Assembly (NCBI GenBank): GCA_964610335.1 | Contig: CAZSVP010000001.1 | Location: 61,324 to 125,323 of the forward strand | Origin: an uncultured Candidatus Saccharibacteria bacterium | GTDB taxonomy: Bacteria; Patescibacteriota; Saccharimonadia; CAILAD01; BJGX01 | Length of the DNA: 64,000 nucleotides | Direction: 5' to 3' | Translations under genes and position numbers: made by a program | The notes under the pieces: model-generated | The model's database searches: none | The model's input: only the letters and a program-made list of their open reading frames with translations | What the model was told of the DNA's origin: nothing | Part shown: positions 56,351 to 64,000 of the stretch, in pieces | How the letters are laid out: each line of letters starts with the position of its first letter | Position numbering within the stretch: position 1 is the stretch's first letter

Positions 56351-57436
56351 ATGAAAGTACAAAAATCATTCTACGACCCATCAATTGATTATGATAGCAA
56401 CTTCGACAATGGTCCAGTAAAAGTTTATGACGATACCAAACCATATGAGAATAAGGGTGAGCCGAAATATGAAGTACTTGGTAAGAAAGTCTACTCGCCT
56501 TTTGGTATTCCAGCCGGGCCACTTCTCAATAGTAGCTATATCAAGTATGCCTTTGAGCACGGCTTTGATGTACTGTGTTACAAAACTCAGCGCAGCATTG
56601 TTACCAAATCAAATCAGTTCCCACAAGTACTTTATGTAGACGTCGATGGGGACCTCACACTTGAGAAGGCTGCCGAACCATTGATTGGGCTGACTGAGAC
56701 TAGTAAATCCCCAACTGACCTCTCTATTACTAATTCGTTTGGTAACCCTAGCCGTGGCCCAGAATTCTGGGTGGAGGATCTCAAGAAGGCTAAGTCATAC
56801 CAAAGCGACGGCCAGCTACTCATTATGAGTGTAGTAGGTAGTATTCAGGAAGGATTTAGCGAAGTAGATTACTGGGATGACTTTGCTGCCACTGCCAAGC
56901 TTGCTGCCGACGCAGGAGTGGAAGCAATCGAGCTAAATCTAAGCTGCCCCAATGTAGCTACCGAGGGTGTACTTTGCTATACCCACGACGCCGTTGTAGA
57001 GATATGTAAGCGAGTCAAAGAGAAGATTGGTAATACCCCGGTAGTGGCTAAGTTTGGCTACTTTAGCACCGATCAACAAGAGCTTCTTGAAAAGATTGTG
57101 ACCGATGCCAGTCCATTCTTGAGTGCTATTTCGGCCATCAACACCATTTCTGCACCAGTGGTAGATGAAGCCGGCGAACAAGCTCTACCAGGACCCAATC
57201 GACTCAAAAGTGGGGTTTGTGGCGCAAGTATTAAGTGGGCTGGGCTCGACATGGTCGCACGGCTCAAAGCAATTCGTGAAAAGTTAAGCTTAGAATACGA
57301 AATCTTTGGTGTCGGTGGTGTTATGACGCCTAAAGACTTCCAGGCTTATCGCAAGGCCGGTGCCGACTGTGTGCAGTCCGCTACAGGTGCTATGTGGAAC
57401 CCCCACTTGGCTCAAGAAATCAAAGAAACCCTTTAA
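56351..57436 (+). CDS. pyrD: Dihydroorotate dehydrogenase
   Basis: IELNLSCPN motif, TIM-barrel FMN enzyme, and GVGGVMTPKDFQAYRKAGADCVQ. 361 aa. Confidence 0.8.
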   Translation: MKVQKSFYDPSIDYDSNFDNGPVKVYDDTKPYENKGEPKYEVLGKKVYSPFGIPAGPLLNSSYIKYAFEHGFDVLCYKTQRSIVTKSNQFPQVLYVDVDGDLTLEKAAEPLIGLTETSKSPTDLSITNSFGNPSRGPEFWVEDLKKAKSYQSDGQLLIMSVVGSIQEGFSEVDYWDDFAATAKLAADAGVEAIELNLSCPNVATEGVLCYTHDAVVEICKRVKEKIGNTPVVAKFGYFSTDQQELLEKIVTDASPFLSAISAINTISAPVVDEAGEQALPGPNRLKSGVCGASIKWAGLDMVARLKAIREKLSLEYEIFGVGGVMTPKDFQAYRKAGADCVQSATGAMWNPHLAQEIKETL

Positions 57437-57440
57437 CATT

Positions 57441-57821
57441 ATGGCTTACAAACGATCAAGTAACTATGCCTTTGATTTTGATGGTGTGATAGCTCAATAC
57501 AGTGGCTATAAGGGCAAAGATCATGCCGGCCCACCCGTTACAGAAGTTGTGGAAGCCATTCGTGAACTCAAAGCACGTGGTCACAAGATAATTGTTTACG
57601 GCAGCACGCGTGATAATGATTTTCTGAAGGAATATTGCGAGAAACACGATATCCCAATCGATTACTACAATGAAAACCCTGAAGTTGCACCAGGAAACGG
57701 ACGAAAGCCAGTCGCGCGCGTATATATAGATGATCGAGCTGTTACCTACAAGGGACAGAGTTCCAAACAACTTGTCGATGAGATCGAGAGCTTTGAACCG
57801 TATTGGAAGAAATCTAACTAA
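57441..57821 (+). CDS. HAD-superfamily phosphatase (NT5C-like nucleotidase candidate) of 127 aa
   Basis: HAD motif I DFDGVI. Start placed at the internal Met after the pyrD stop. The ORF-track start overlaps pyrD. Confidence 0.55.
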   Translation: MAYKRSSNYAFDFDGVIAQYSGYKGKDHAGPPVTEVVEAIRELKARGHKIIVYGSTRDNDFLKEYCEKHDIPIDYYNENPEVAPGNGRKPVARVYIDDRAVTYKGQSSKQLVDEIESFEPYWKKSN

Positions 57822-58866
57822 TAATCTTACCGCTGCCAGGCTTGGCTAAGACTTTGCCCTTGTCATAAACTACTTCGCCGCGCAGTGTTACCTTTTCAAC
57901 CTTGCCTGGCACTTTGCGGCCCGCAAATGGTGTCCAACCACACTTGGTCTTGAGATTTTCATTGCGTAGCTCAAACTCCCCCATTGCTACTTCAACCTTG
58001 GTATCTTCGCTGGTCTGAACATTAAATATCTTCTTGGGATTCTCATAAAGTTTTTGGTGAAGCTGATCCTTAGTAATCTTGCCCTCTTTTTCAGCTTGCA
58101 ACATGAGAGGTAGCGTTGTTTCCAACCCAGGCACCCCAAATGGTGGTGGATCACCATCTTTTTCTTCACGGGTATGGGGAGCGTGGTCGCTCTCAATCAC
58201 GTCTATGTAATCCATGTGGTCCCATAAATACTTCTTATCGGCCTCAGTCTTGAGACATGGCTTCATACAGCAATAAGCACCATGCTTGTGCTCATCTTCC
58301 ACACTGAGCAACAAATGATGTGGAGTAACGCCCGAATAGACCGGTAAGCCCTCGTCTTTCATTCGTACTACAAAGCTCAGCTCTGTCTCACTACTTACAT
58401 GGCACACATAGGTAGTCTTGCGGGTTTGGCGTACGGCGTCTTCTACCAGGTACAGCACATCGTCTTCGGCATGCAATAATATTGGCTTGTCGCTTGGCCA
58501 AGCTTTGTAAATCTCTATCAACTTATCTTTGTCGACTATGAAGTTACCTGTAGTAACATTCATATAGATCTTGAGGCCACAGACCTTGTCGATAACTTTG
58601 CGAAATTCGTCAAAGTTGTCTCCCAGAGTGCCAAAGTGAAAGCCCACATCACAGACAATCTGTTTACTAGCACTCTCCATTTTCTCTTCCAAACGCTCAA
58701 GCGTAGTAATCGGCTCAGCATTGTTGGGCATATCCATGATGGTGGTATAGCCACCCGCCAGAGCGGCACATGTACCTGTAAAAAAATCTTCTTTGTGGGT
58801 TTGGCCGGGATCACGCAAATGCACGTGTGGATCGATCAGGCCTGGTAAAATAATTGGTTTACTCAT
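57814..58866 (-). CDS. pyrC: Dihydroorotase
   Basis: LPGLIDPHVHLRDPG metal-binding motif. Amidohydrolase fold. 350 aa. Confidence 0.85.
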   Translation of the reverse strand: MSKPIILPGLIDPHVHLRDPGQTHKEDFFTGTCAALAGGYTTIMDMPNNAEPITTLERLEEKMESASKQIVCDVGFHFGTLGDNFDEFRKVIDKVCGLKIYMNVTTGNFIVDKDKLIEIYKAWPSDKPILLHAEDDVLYLVEDAVRQTRKTTYVCHVSSETELSFVVRMKDEGLPVYSGVTPHHLLLSVEDEHKHGAYCCMKPCLKTEADKKYLWDHMDYIDVIESDHAPHTREEKDGDPPPFGVPGLETTLPLMLQAEKEGKITKDQLHQKLYENPKKIFNVQTSEDTKVEVAMGEFELRNENLKTKCGWTPFAGRKVPGKVEKVTLRGEVVYDKGKVLAKPGSGKIIS

Positions 58867-58899
58867 CGGTAGTCTCCTTTGAAATACTATACCATACCA

Positions 58900-58929
58900 A
58901 AAAGCACCACATTACTGCGGTGCTTTTTT
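58900..58929. terminator. Bidirectional rho-independent terminator (gcaccac-attact-gcggtgc, flanked by A- and T-runs)
   Basis: Hairpin with a T-run on the plus strand and an A-run (a T-run on the minus strand). Downstream of the HdeD-like gene. Confidence 0.5.
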
Positions 58930-58943
58930 GATGAATTGTCTAT

Positions 58944-59510
58944 CTATGAGTTTTTGTAGCCAGACTTGAGCGCTGAGCTAGCTGCCATCATGACAATTCC
59001 TGTCATAATGAAGTTGATACCAAGTAGTAGACCAATCAACCAAAGGGCAGTTTCTGGGAATGCACTCCACAGTATGATTGCCAGGATTAGGTCAATCACA
59101 CCCTTTACTGCCAAGAACCCACGGTTTGGCATATTCTTGTTTGCCAACGACTCTACAACATCGAAGATACCAGCTACAAAGAAGTAAGCGATGATAAACA
59201 ATGTCGCAGTTGTTATGAACGCAAACGGATTACGTAGTACGAATGCACCAAGTGCAAAGAATATTAATCCCCCTATCAATCTTCCCCAGAACCCAGATTC
59301 ACGCCGCACGATGGCATTGAAAATTGATATTACACCCGCAAAGATAATCAACCAGCCAAATACAGCAGTCGACAAGTATGTGCTATAGACTGGGAAGAAC
59401 AACATACCTATACCTACTAATAATATTAAGCCACCAAACAAGGTAGTACTGCGCAGGCCCACCATGATTGGATCTTCATTCTTTTGTGTTTTTGCAACTG
59501 ACTTAGCCAT
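58944..59510 (-). CDS. HdeD/DUF308 family membrane protein
   Basis: Six short TM helices in a repeated pattern typical of DUF308. 188 aa. Confidence 0.55.
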   Translation of the reverse strand: MAKSVAKTQKNEDPIMVGLRSTTLFGGLILLVGIGMLFFPVYSTYLSTAVFGWLIIFAGVISIFNAIVRRESGFWGRLIGGLIFFALGAFVLRNPFAFITTATLFIIAYFFVAGIFDVVESLANKNMPNRGFLAVKGVIDLILAIILWSAFPETALWLIGLLLGINFIMTGIVMMAASSALKSGYKNS

Positions 59511-59560
59511 ATCTATTCTCCTGTTATTTATGTGTAATTAATGCTATTATACCAAACCAA

Positions 59561-60577
59561 GTGAAAAAGCAGAAAATTGTCATTATTATTGTTGCGGTAT
59601 TGGGGTTTGTATTGCTTAGCAACGCCTTATTACTACTACGTTTTCATAATATCACCTCCAAACAACCTGAAAAGATTGGCGTTAGTTTTAGCCAGGTACA
59701 AGCCGAGCGCTATGGTAGTGATTGGCGCCGAAACTACACTGCAATATTAGACGAGTTAGGTACAAAAAATGTTCGTGTGGCCACCTACTGGGATAGGATT
59801 GAGCACAATCCTGGAGGGTACGACTTTAGTGAACTTGACTGGATGATCGAACAAGCTAAACAGCACAATGCAAAACTAACTGTAGTAGTCGGTCAAAAAG
59901 TACTACGCGTACCAGAGTGTTACTACCCTGCTTGGCTCGATCGCAACGATACTACCAAAGTCGCCAACAGTACCAATAAGTTGATAGCCACCATCGCAGA
60001 ACGATACAAGGGGGAATCAACCATTGAAAAGTGGCAGCTTGAAAATGAGTTCTTGCTAAAGGACTTTGGTGACTGCCCCGCTGCTAATCTTACCAATGGT
60101 GCATTGTTTCGCGAGTTACAAACTCTACAGCAGCACGACAGCGACAAGCGTCCCATAGTACTTACTCAATCAGACCAAAAAGGCTTTCCTGTGGTTGGAC
60201 CATTTAGCTCGGATTATGGCTTTTCTATGTATCGCACGGTGTGGTGTGGAATATGTAAGAATTATTTTGTCTACCCACAAGGTGGCTGGTTCAATTGGTG
60301 GAAGGCAGCCATAATCAATTTCTACACTGGTTCACGTATCAAGATTCACGAGCTTCAAGCTGAGGCATGGGGTCCAGTCGGTAACGAGTACCTCAGCTGG
60401 GAAGAAGCTCAAAAAAGCATGAATCCATCGAAGCTAGCTGATAACATCACCTATGCCCGAGCCACTCACATCCGTGATTTCGATCTATGGGGTTCGGAAT
60501 GGTGGTATTGGCTTCGCGAACATGGCCATCCAGAGATGTGGCAAGCAGTTCAAGATATTATGAAGTCCAACAATTAG
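59561..60577 (+). CDS. Signal-anchored glycoside hydrolase-like TIM-barrel protein (clan GH-A-like)
   Basis: N-terminal TM. WQLENEF resembles the N-E-P/F acid-base motif of GH5/GH113-type enzymes. 338 aa. Confidence 0.4.
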   Translation: MKKQKIVIIIVAVLGFVLLSNALLLLRFHNITSKQPEKIGVSFSQVQAERYGSDWRRNYTAILDELGTKNVRVATYWDRIEHNPGGYDFSELDWMIEQAKQHNAKLTVVVGQKVLRVPECYYPAWLDRNDTTKVANSTNKLIATIAERYKGESTIEKWQLENEFLLKDFGDCPAANLTNGALFRELQTLQQHDSDKRPIVLTQSDQKGFPVVGPFSSDYGFSMYRTVWCGICKNYFVYPQGGWFNWWKAAIINFYTGSRIKIHELQAEAWGPVGNEYLSWEEAQKSMNPSKLADNITYARATHIRDFDLWGSEWWYWLREHGHPEMWQAVQDIMKSNN

Positions 60578-60584
60578 TTCAAGC

Positions 60585-61724
60585 TCAGCGTAAACCCAAG
60601 GCTTTCTTGTACACAGCCAAGGTTTGCTTGGCGGTTTTGGCCCAAGTATATTTCTTAACTTGAGTATAACCTTTCTTCGCCAAGGCCTTACGAATATCAT
60701 CATCTGATAGAACCTTGGCTATTACCTTGGCCATCTGATTCACATTGGTAGGGTCAAAATATTCAGCTGCGTCACCCAGTACTTCTGGCAAACACGAGGC
60801 ATTGGAACTCACTACGGGCACACCATGGCTCATGGCTTCAAGCGCGGGCAAGCCAAAGCCTTCAGACATGGATGGAAACACGTACAGTGCTGCCTTGTTA
60901 TAAAAGCCTGCTAACTCATTGTCGCTGACAAAATCCGTGAAGATAATGCGGTTTTGTAGCTTGGCCTCAGCAACATCTTTTTCTAACTCTTTGTGAAACG
61001 AGTCTTTCTTGCCTACTATTACAAGTTGGTAGTCGAGCATATATTCTGTCACCAGTTTGCCAAAAGCGATTATTAGCCGTTCGAGATTCTTGTGGGGGTA
61101 GGCATTGCCAGCATACATAAGATACGGCTTCAACACACCATAACTCTCTAAGTTTACACGTGGCGTAGCCAAGTCTTGACTGGCGGCTTGGTATGTAACA
61201 AATATCTTATTGCGACGCACCCCAAACTGCTTGGCTATGCCTTCTTTGACGTATTCGGTCGGCACTATTATCGCCTTGGATCGTTTGGCGCCAGTACGTA
61301 GAGTTACTCGCATGGCCATTTCTTTGACGGCATAAACGTAGCGATGTCCAAACTTCTTGCGAATATTGCGAAACTGCAAAAGCGTGAGATCGTGAATGGT
61401 CACTACAAACTTTCCCTTATAGCCAATAGGAAAATTGAAGTTAGTGAAGTGTACCAAGTCTGGCTTGAGCTCAGTGATCTTCTTGAGTAACAATGTTTGT
61501 TCTTTGGTGGTGTACCAACCAATATTGACTGGCACAATTGTAAGATTGTCTGCTTTGAGATCAATCTTGGGTATATCTTCATCACGCGTCAACATAAGGT
61601 ATTGATTGTGTTTGTCTAGTAACAGCAACTCTCGCACGGTGTTTTCGATATAGCGACCAATGCCGGTGGCCTTGATCCAACGACCATCAATAACTATTCG
61701 CTTACCTGGTTCGGTTTTGTTCAT
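60585..61724 (-). CDS. Glycosyltransferase family 4 (GT-B fold)
   Basis: C-terminal FPSMSEGFGLPALEAMSHGVPVVSS E-x7-E region. 379 aa. Confidence 0.85.
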   Translation of the reverse strand: MNKTEPGKRIVIDGRWIKATGIGRYIENTVRELLLLDKHNQYLMLTRDEDIPKIDLKADNLTIVPVNIGWYTTKEQTLLLKKITELKPDLVHFTNFNFPIGYKGKFVVTIHDLTLLQFRNIRKKFGHRYVYAVKEMAMRVTLRTGAKRSKAIIVPTEYVKEGIAKQFGVRRNKIFVTYQAASQDLATPRVNLESYGVLKPYLMYAGNAYPHKNLERLIIAFGKLVTEYMLDYQLVIVGKKDSFHKELEKDVAEAKLQNRIIFTDFVSDNELAGFYNKAALYVFPSMSEGFGLPALEAMSHGVPVVSSNASCLPEVLGDAAEYFDPTNVNQMAKVIAKVLSDDDIRKALAKKGYTQVKKYTWAKTAKQTLAVYKKALGLR

Positions 61725-61845
61725 AGGACATATTATACCCTACCTAGCAAGCTTCAAGCGTGTTGAATCTGCTCCATGCTTGCATCGCTATTTTGATTGC
61801 ATTAATTTCATTTGTAATACCTGTCCCACGAGCATACTAGGAGGA

Positions 61846-62952
61846 ATGATGGGTATCGCACGGAGGGTGTTGCGCCAATGGCGCGCACCCCTTTTTTGTT
61901 TGACAATGGTAGGTCTCGCAGCCTGCCAGCCGGTGCCTGGGCCGCTGCCAGTACCGGTACCCACCACCACAGCGCCAACCACTACTACCACAACAGCCGC
62001 ACCACTGAGCGTCGGCACGGGTAGCTCCGACCCAGCAGCCTTCGTTGATGCCTACAACCGCAAGGGCGGTGAGTACGCTGTTGGCAACCCCACCAATGCC
62101 GTTCACAGCTGGGGTTGGGGTTGCAGCCAAGACCTGAGTGGTGGTGTCTACCAGCGCTCAGCCTTGATGCAGCGCAACTGCGCAGGACCGGCTTATCCAG
62201 TTGTGGGAGCCCAGTGGGCCTACATCGAGAGTCACTTCGGTAGCAATGCGCCGGCTGTGATCGGCTATCCCTACAACGATCCACACCGATGGGGCAATGG
62301 TTGGGCGCAGGACTTCGATGGTGGCAGCCTTGGCTGGACCATCCTGGTGCGCGGCGACAGCGTCGGTGCTGTCTACAAGGTCCATACTGGCTTTCGCGGC
62401 GCCTGGATCAACTACCAAGGAGTCTATGGCTATCTCGGATTCCCCACCTCCGATGAGTACGGCTGGGGCACTGGTAGCAAACAAGACTTCCAGGGTGGTT
62501 CGCTGATCTGGGACGCCGTCAATGGTGTGCGTCAGTACAACGGTCAGCCACCACCTACCAACTCACGTGAGCAGAAAGCCGCCGACTGGGCACTGGCTGA
62601 GCTGAATTCGCCAGACCCCAGCTGGAGCGACGAGTTCAATCGAGCCTGGTCCGGCTACTGCGAGGGATTCGCGGAAGTGGCCTACGGCACACGGTCCAAG
62701 TTCGCCAGCTCCAACGATCACTACAGCTGGCAAGCAGCCAACGGCCGAATCCATACCGATGCAAGCCCACCGCGTGGTGCGGTGGTGTTCTACAGCGGCC
62801 ACATCGGCATCTCGATGGGAGACGGCACTACCATCTCCACTCAGGGCTACGACGGTCAGCGTCTCAAAGTATGGCGCCATGCCACCACTGGGTTCCTGTA
62901 CAACGCTTACTGGGGCTGGTCGTATGCCCCAGACAGCTGGCCAGGTCGCTAG
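61846..62952 (+). CDS. Lipoprotein with LGFP repeats and a C-terminal NlpC/P60-type (CHAP-like) cysteine peptidase domain, encoded in a high-GC (about 62%) island
   Basis: AGGAGG SD. Lipobox LAAC. A Pro/Thr linker. Three LGFP-type repeats (GYLGFPTSDEYGWG...QDFQGGS). A Cys in WSGYCEGFAEVAYG and a His in FYSGHIGISMG. Confidence 0.65.
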   Translation: MMGIARRVLRQWRAPLFCLTMVGLAACQPVPGPLPVPVPTTTAPTTTTTTAAPLSVGTGSSDPAAFVDAYNRKGGEYAVGNPTNAVHSWGWGCSQDLSGGVYQRSALMQRNCAGPAYPVVGAQWAYIESHFGSNAPAVIGYPYNDPHRWGNGWAQDFDGGSLGWTILVRGDSVGAVYKVHTGFRGAWINYQGVYGYLGFPTSDEYGWGTGSKQDFQGGSLIWDAVNGVRQYNGQPPPTNSREQKAADWALAELNSPDPSWSDEFNRAWSGYCEGFAEVAYGTRSKFASSNDHYSWQAANGRIHTDASPPRGAVVFYSGHIGISMGDGTTISTQGYDGQRLKVWRHATTGFLYNAYWGWSYAPDSWPGR

Positions 62953-63036
62953 TCGCGACGGGCTGCTTGGCATTGGGGCGACGGTTCAACACTGTCGCCC
63001 CGCCCAAGAAATTATAAAATCATTTACAATGAACTG

Positions 63037-64000
63037 ATGAACAAATCCGATAACCCTAGAATATGGCAGGACAAGTACCTTTGGATACTGGTGGGCACCA
63101 GCCTGGTAGTAATCCTTTTTCGACTTGGTGCGCACACACTGTATAGCTGGGACGAGGCCATCTATGGCCAAATCGCACGCGAGATGCTTACCAACCATCA
63201 CTGGCTAATACCACATTGGCAAAACGTGCCATGGTTTGAAAAGCCACCTCTGGCAATATGGTTTATGGTAGCGAGTTTTAAACTGTTTGGGATTGGTGAA
63301 TTTGCCGCACGTTTGCCTTCAGCACTAGCGGGTCTTGGTAGTATTGCTATAACCTACATACTATCTAGACGTTTTATACCAAAGTTAGCTAGTTTTGCAA
63401 TTGGCATAGTACTGCTTACAAGTTTTCTATTCCTACACTTGGCTCGCTTTGCCACTACAGACTCACTACTAGTCTTCTTTGCTTTGTTCGCTGTATTAGG
63501 ACTCGCTAAACTTTTTGAGACCAAGCAACCTATGTGGTGGCTTGGCGTAATACTACCGCTCAGTCTTGGTTTTATGGTCAAGAACGTCGCAATACTGCCG
63601 GCAGTTGTGGCTATTGTGGTAGTGTTGTTGGTTTTTTGGAAGCGGTCGTTGCCACTACTCCGCTCTAAATGGTTATTGATATCTATTGGCCTAGGCCTAT
63701 TGGTTGTTGTGCCATGGCACATAATCATGAACACCAACTTTGGTAGTGGGTTCTGGCAACAATACCTAGGCTATCACGTCCTGTCACGGACTACTGGTCT
63801 TGAGAACAACACCAGTAGTATATTGGCACCATTCTATGCCAAAGCATTGCTTGCGAAGTACTGGTACCCTTGGTCCTATTTGGCCGTACCAGCGACATTG
63901 CTATGGCTATTTGCAATTAAACGCTTTGCCAAACAACAGCCACTTGCTTTGCTATTACTTCTATTTACTGTTGCAACCGCCCTAACCTATCAGCTATCGA
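63037..64000 (+). CDS. ArnT/PMT-family (GT-C fold, GT39/GT83-like) membrane glycosyltransferase. The C-terminus runs off the window.
   Basis: YSWDEAIYGQIAREM (the DE motif in loop 1) and FEKPPLAIW, with multiple TMs. The open frame continues to position 64000. Confidence 0.7.
   Translation, partial: MNKSDNPRIWQDKYLWILVGTSLVVILFRLGAHTLYSWDEAIYGQIAREMLTNHHWLIPHWQNVPWFEKPPLAIWFMVASFKLFGIGEFAARLPSALAGLGSIAITYILSRRFIPKLASFAIGIVLLTSFLFLHLARFATTDSLLVFFALFAVLGLAKLFETKQPMWWLGVILPLSLGFMVKNVAILPAVVAIVVVLLVFWKRSLPLLRSKWLLISIGLGLLVVVPWHIIMNTNFGSGFWQQYLGYHVLSRTTGLENNTSSILAPFYAKALLAKYWYPWSYLAVPATLLWLFAIKRFAKQQPLALLLLLFTVATALTYQLS

Noticed and set aside
61660-61845. The N-terminal 62-aa extension of the ORF-track call 61660-62952
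   Set aside because: It overlaps the 5' end of the convergent-divergent GT4 gene and precedes the AGGAGG SD. The lipoprotein signal peptide begins at the Met at 61846.
62158-62973. Minus-strand ORFs 61788-62018, 61837-62130, 61985-62284, 62158-62484 and 62563-62973
   Set aside because: All lie within the 62%-GC island, antisense to the LGFP lipoprotein. They are GC-driven open frames.

Overview
Dense, gene-rich bacterial chromosome segment of about 43-45% GC, with two sharply GC-richer single-gene islands of about 60% GC. Gene content and style suggest a reduced-genome Patescibacteria/CPR lineage, plausibly Candidatus Saccharibacteria (TM7); this is inference only, since no database search was possible. 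Supporting signs are a ComEC without the beta-lactamase domain, a CbpA-type DnaJ, fused pyrimidine genes and very short intergenic regions.

Housekeeping content:
- Recombination and competence: ruvC and ruvA, a YebC regulator, ComEC.
- Heat shock: a CIRCE/HrcA-controlled hrcA-grpE-dnaK-NYN-dnaJ operon.
- Translation and envelope: lepA, murJ, ftsH, tilS, an FtsB-like protein, an ABC-2 exporter.
- Metabolism: malic enzyme and a pyrimidine cluster (pyrB, fused pyrF-pyrE, pyrD, pyrC, a HAD phosphatase).
- Redox and regulation: a thioredoxin/CcdA pair, and an autoregulated LexA with a GTTC-N7-GTTC operator.
- RNA genes: five tRNAs. Lys-TTT, Asn-GTT and three CAT-anticodon tRNAs: an initiator-like Met, an elongator Met, and one almost identical to E. 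coli tRNA-Ile2.

Accessory and unusual content:
- A promoter-equipped operon of four tandem ATP-grasp (RimK-like) ligases. One is a three-domain fusion: RimK, an unknown helical domain, and a DUF785 retropepsin-like domain.
- Two membrane-anchored surface proteins of about 1,160 aa, each ending in a phage tail-spike-type peptidase S74 self-cleaving chaperone domain. One carries collagen G-X-Y plus YadA-head-like repeats; the other carries Kelch/beta-propeller repeats.
- Two high-GC genes that look like acquisitions from an actinobacterial host. One is an LGFP-repeat NlpC/P60-type lipoprotein.
- A 26-nt direct-repeat/terminator family flanking tRNA-Asn.
- A small islet of three DUF1801 genes with YdeI, VOC, PNPOx and S51-peptidase genes.

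No CRISPR array, transposase or integrase is visible. All domain calls rest on motif recognition in the supplied translations, not on searches.
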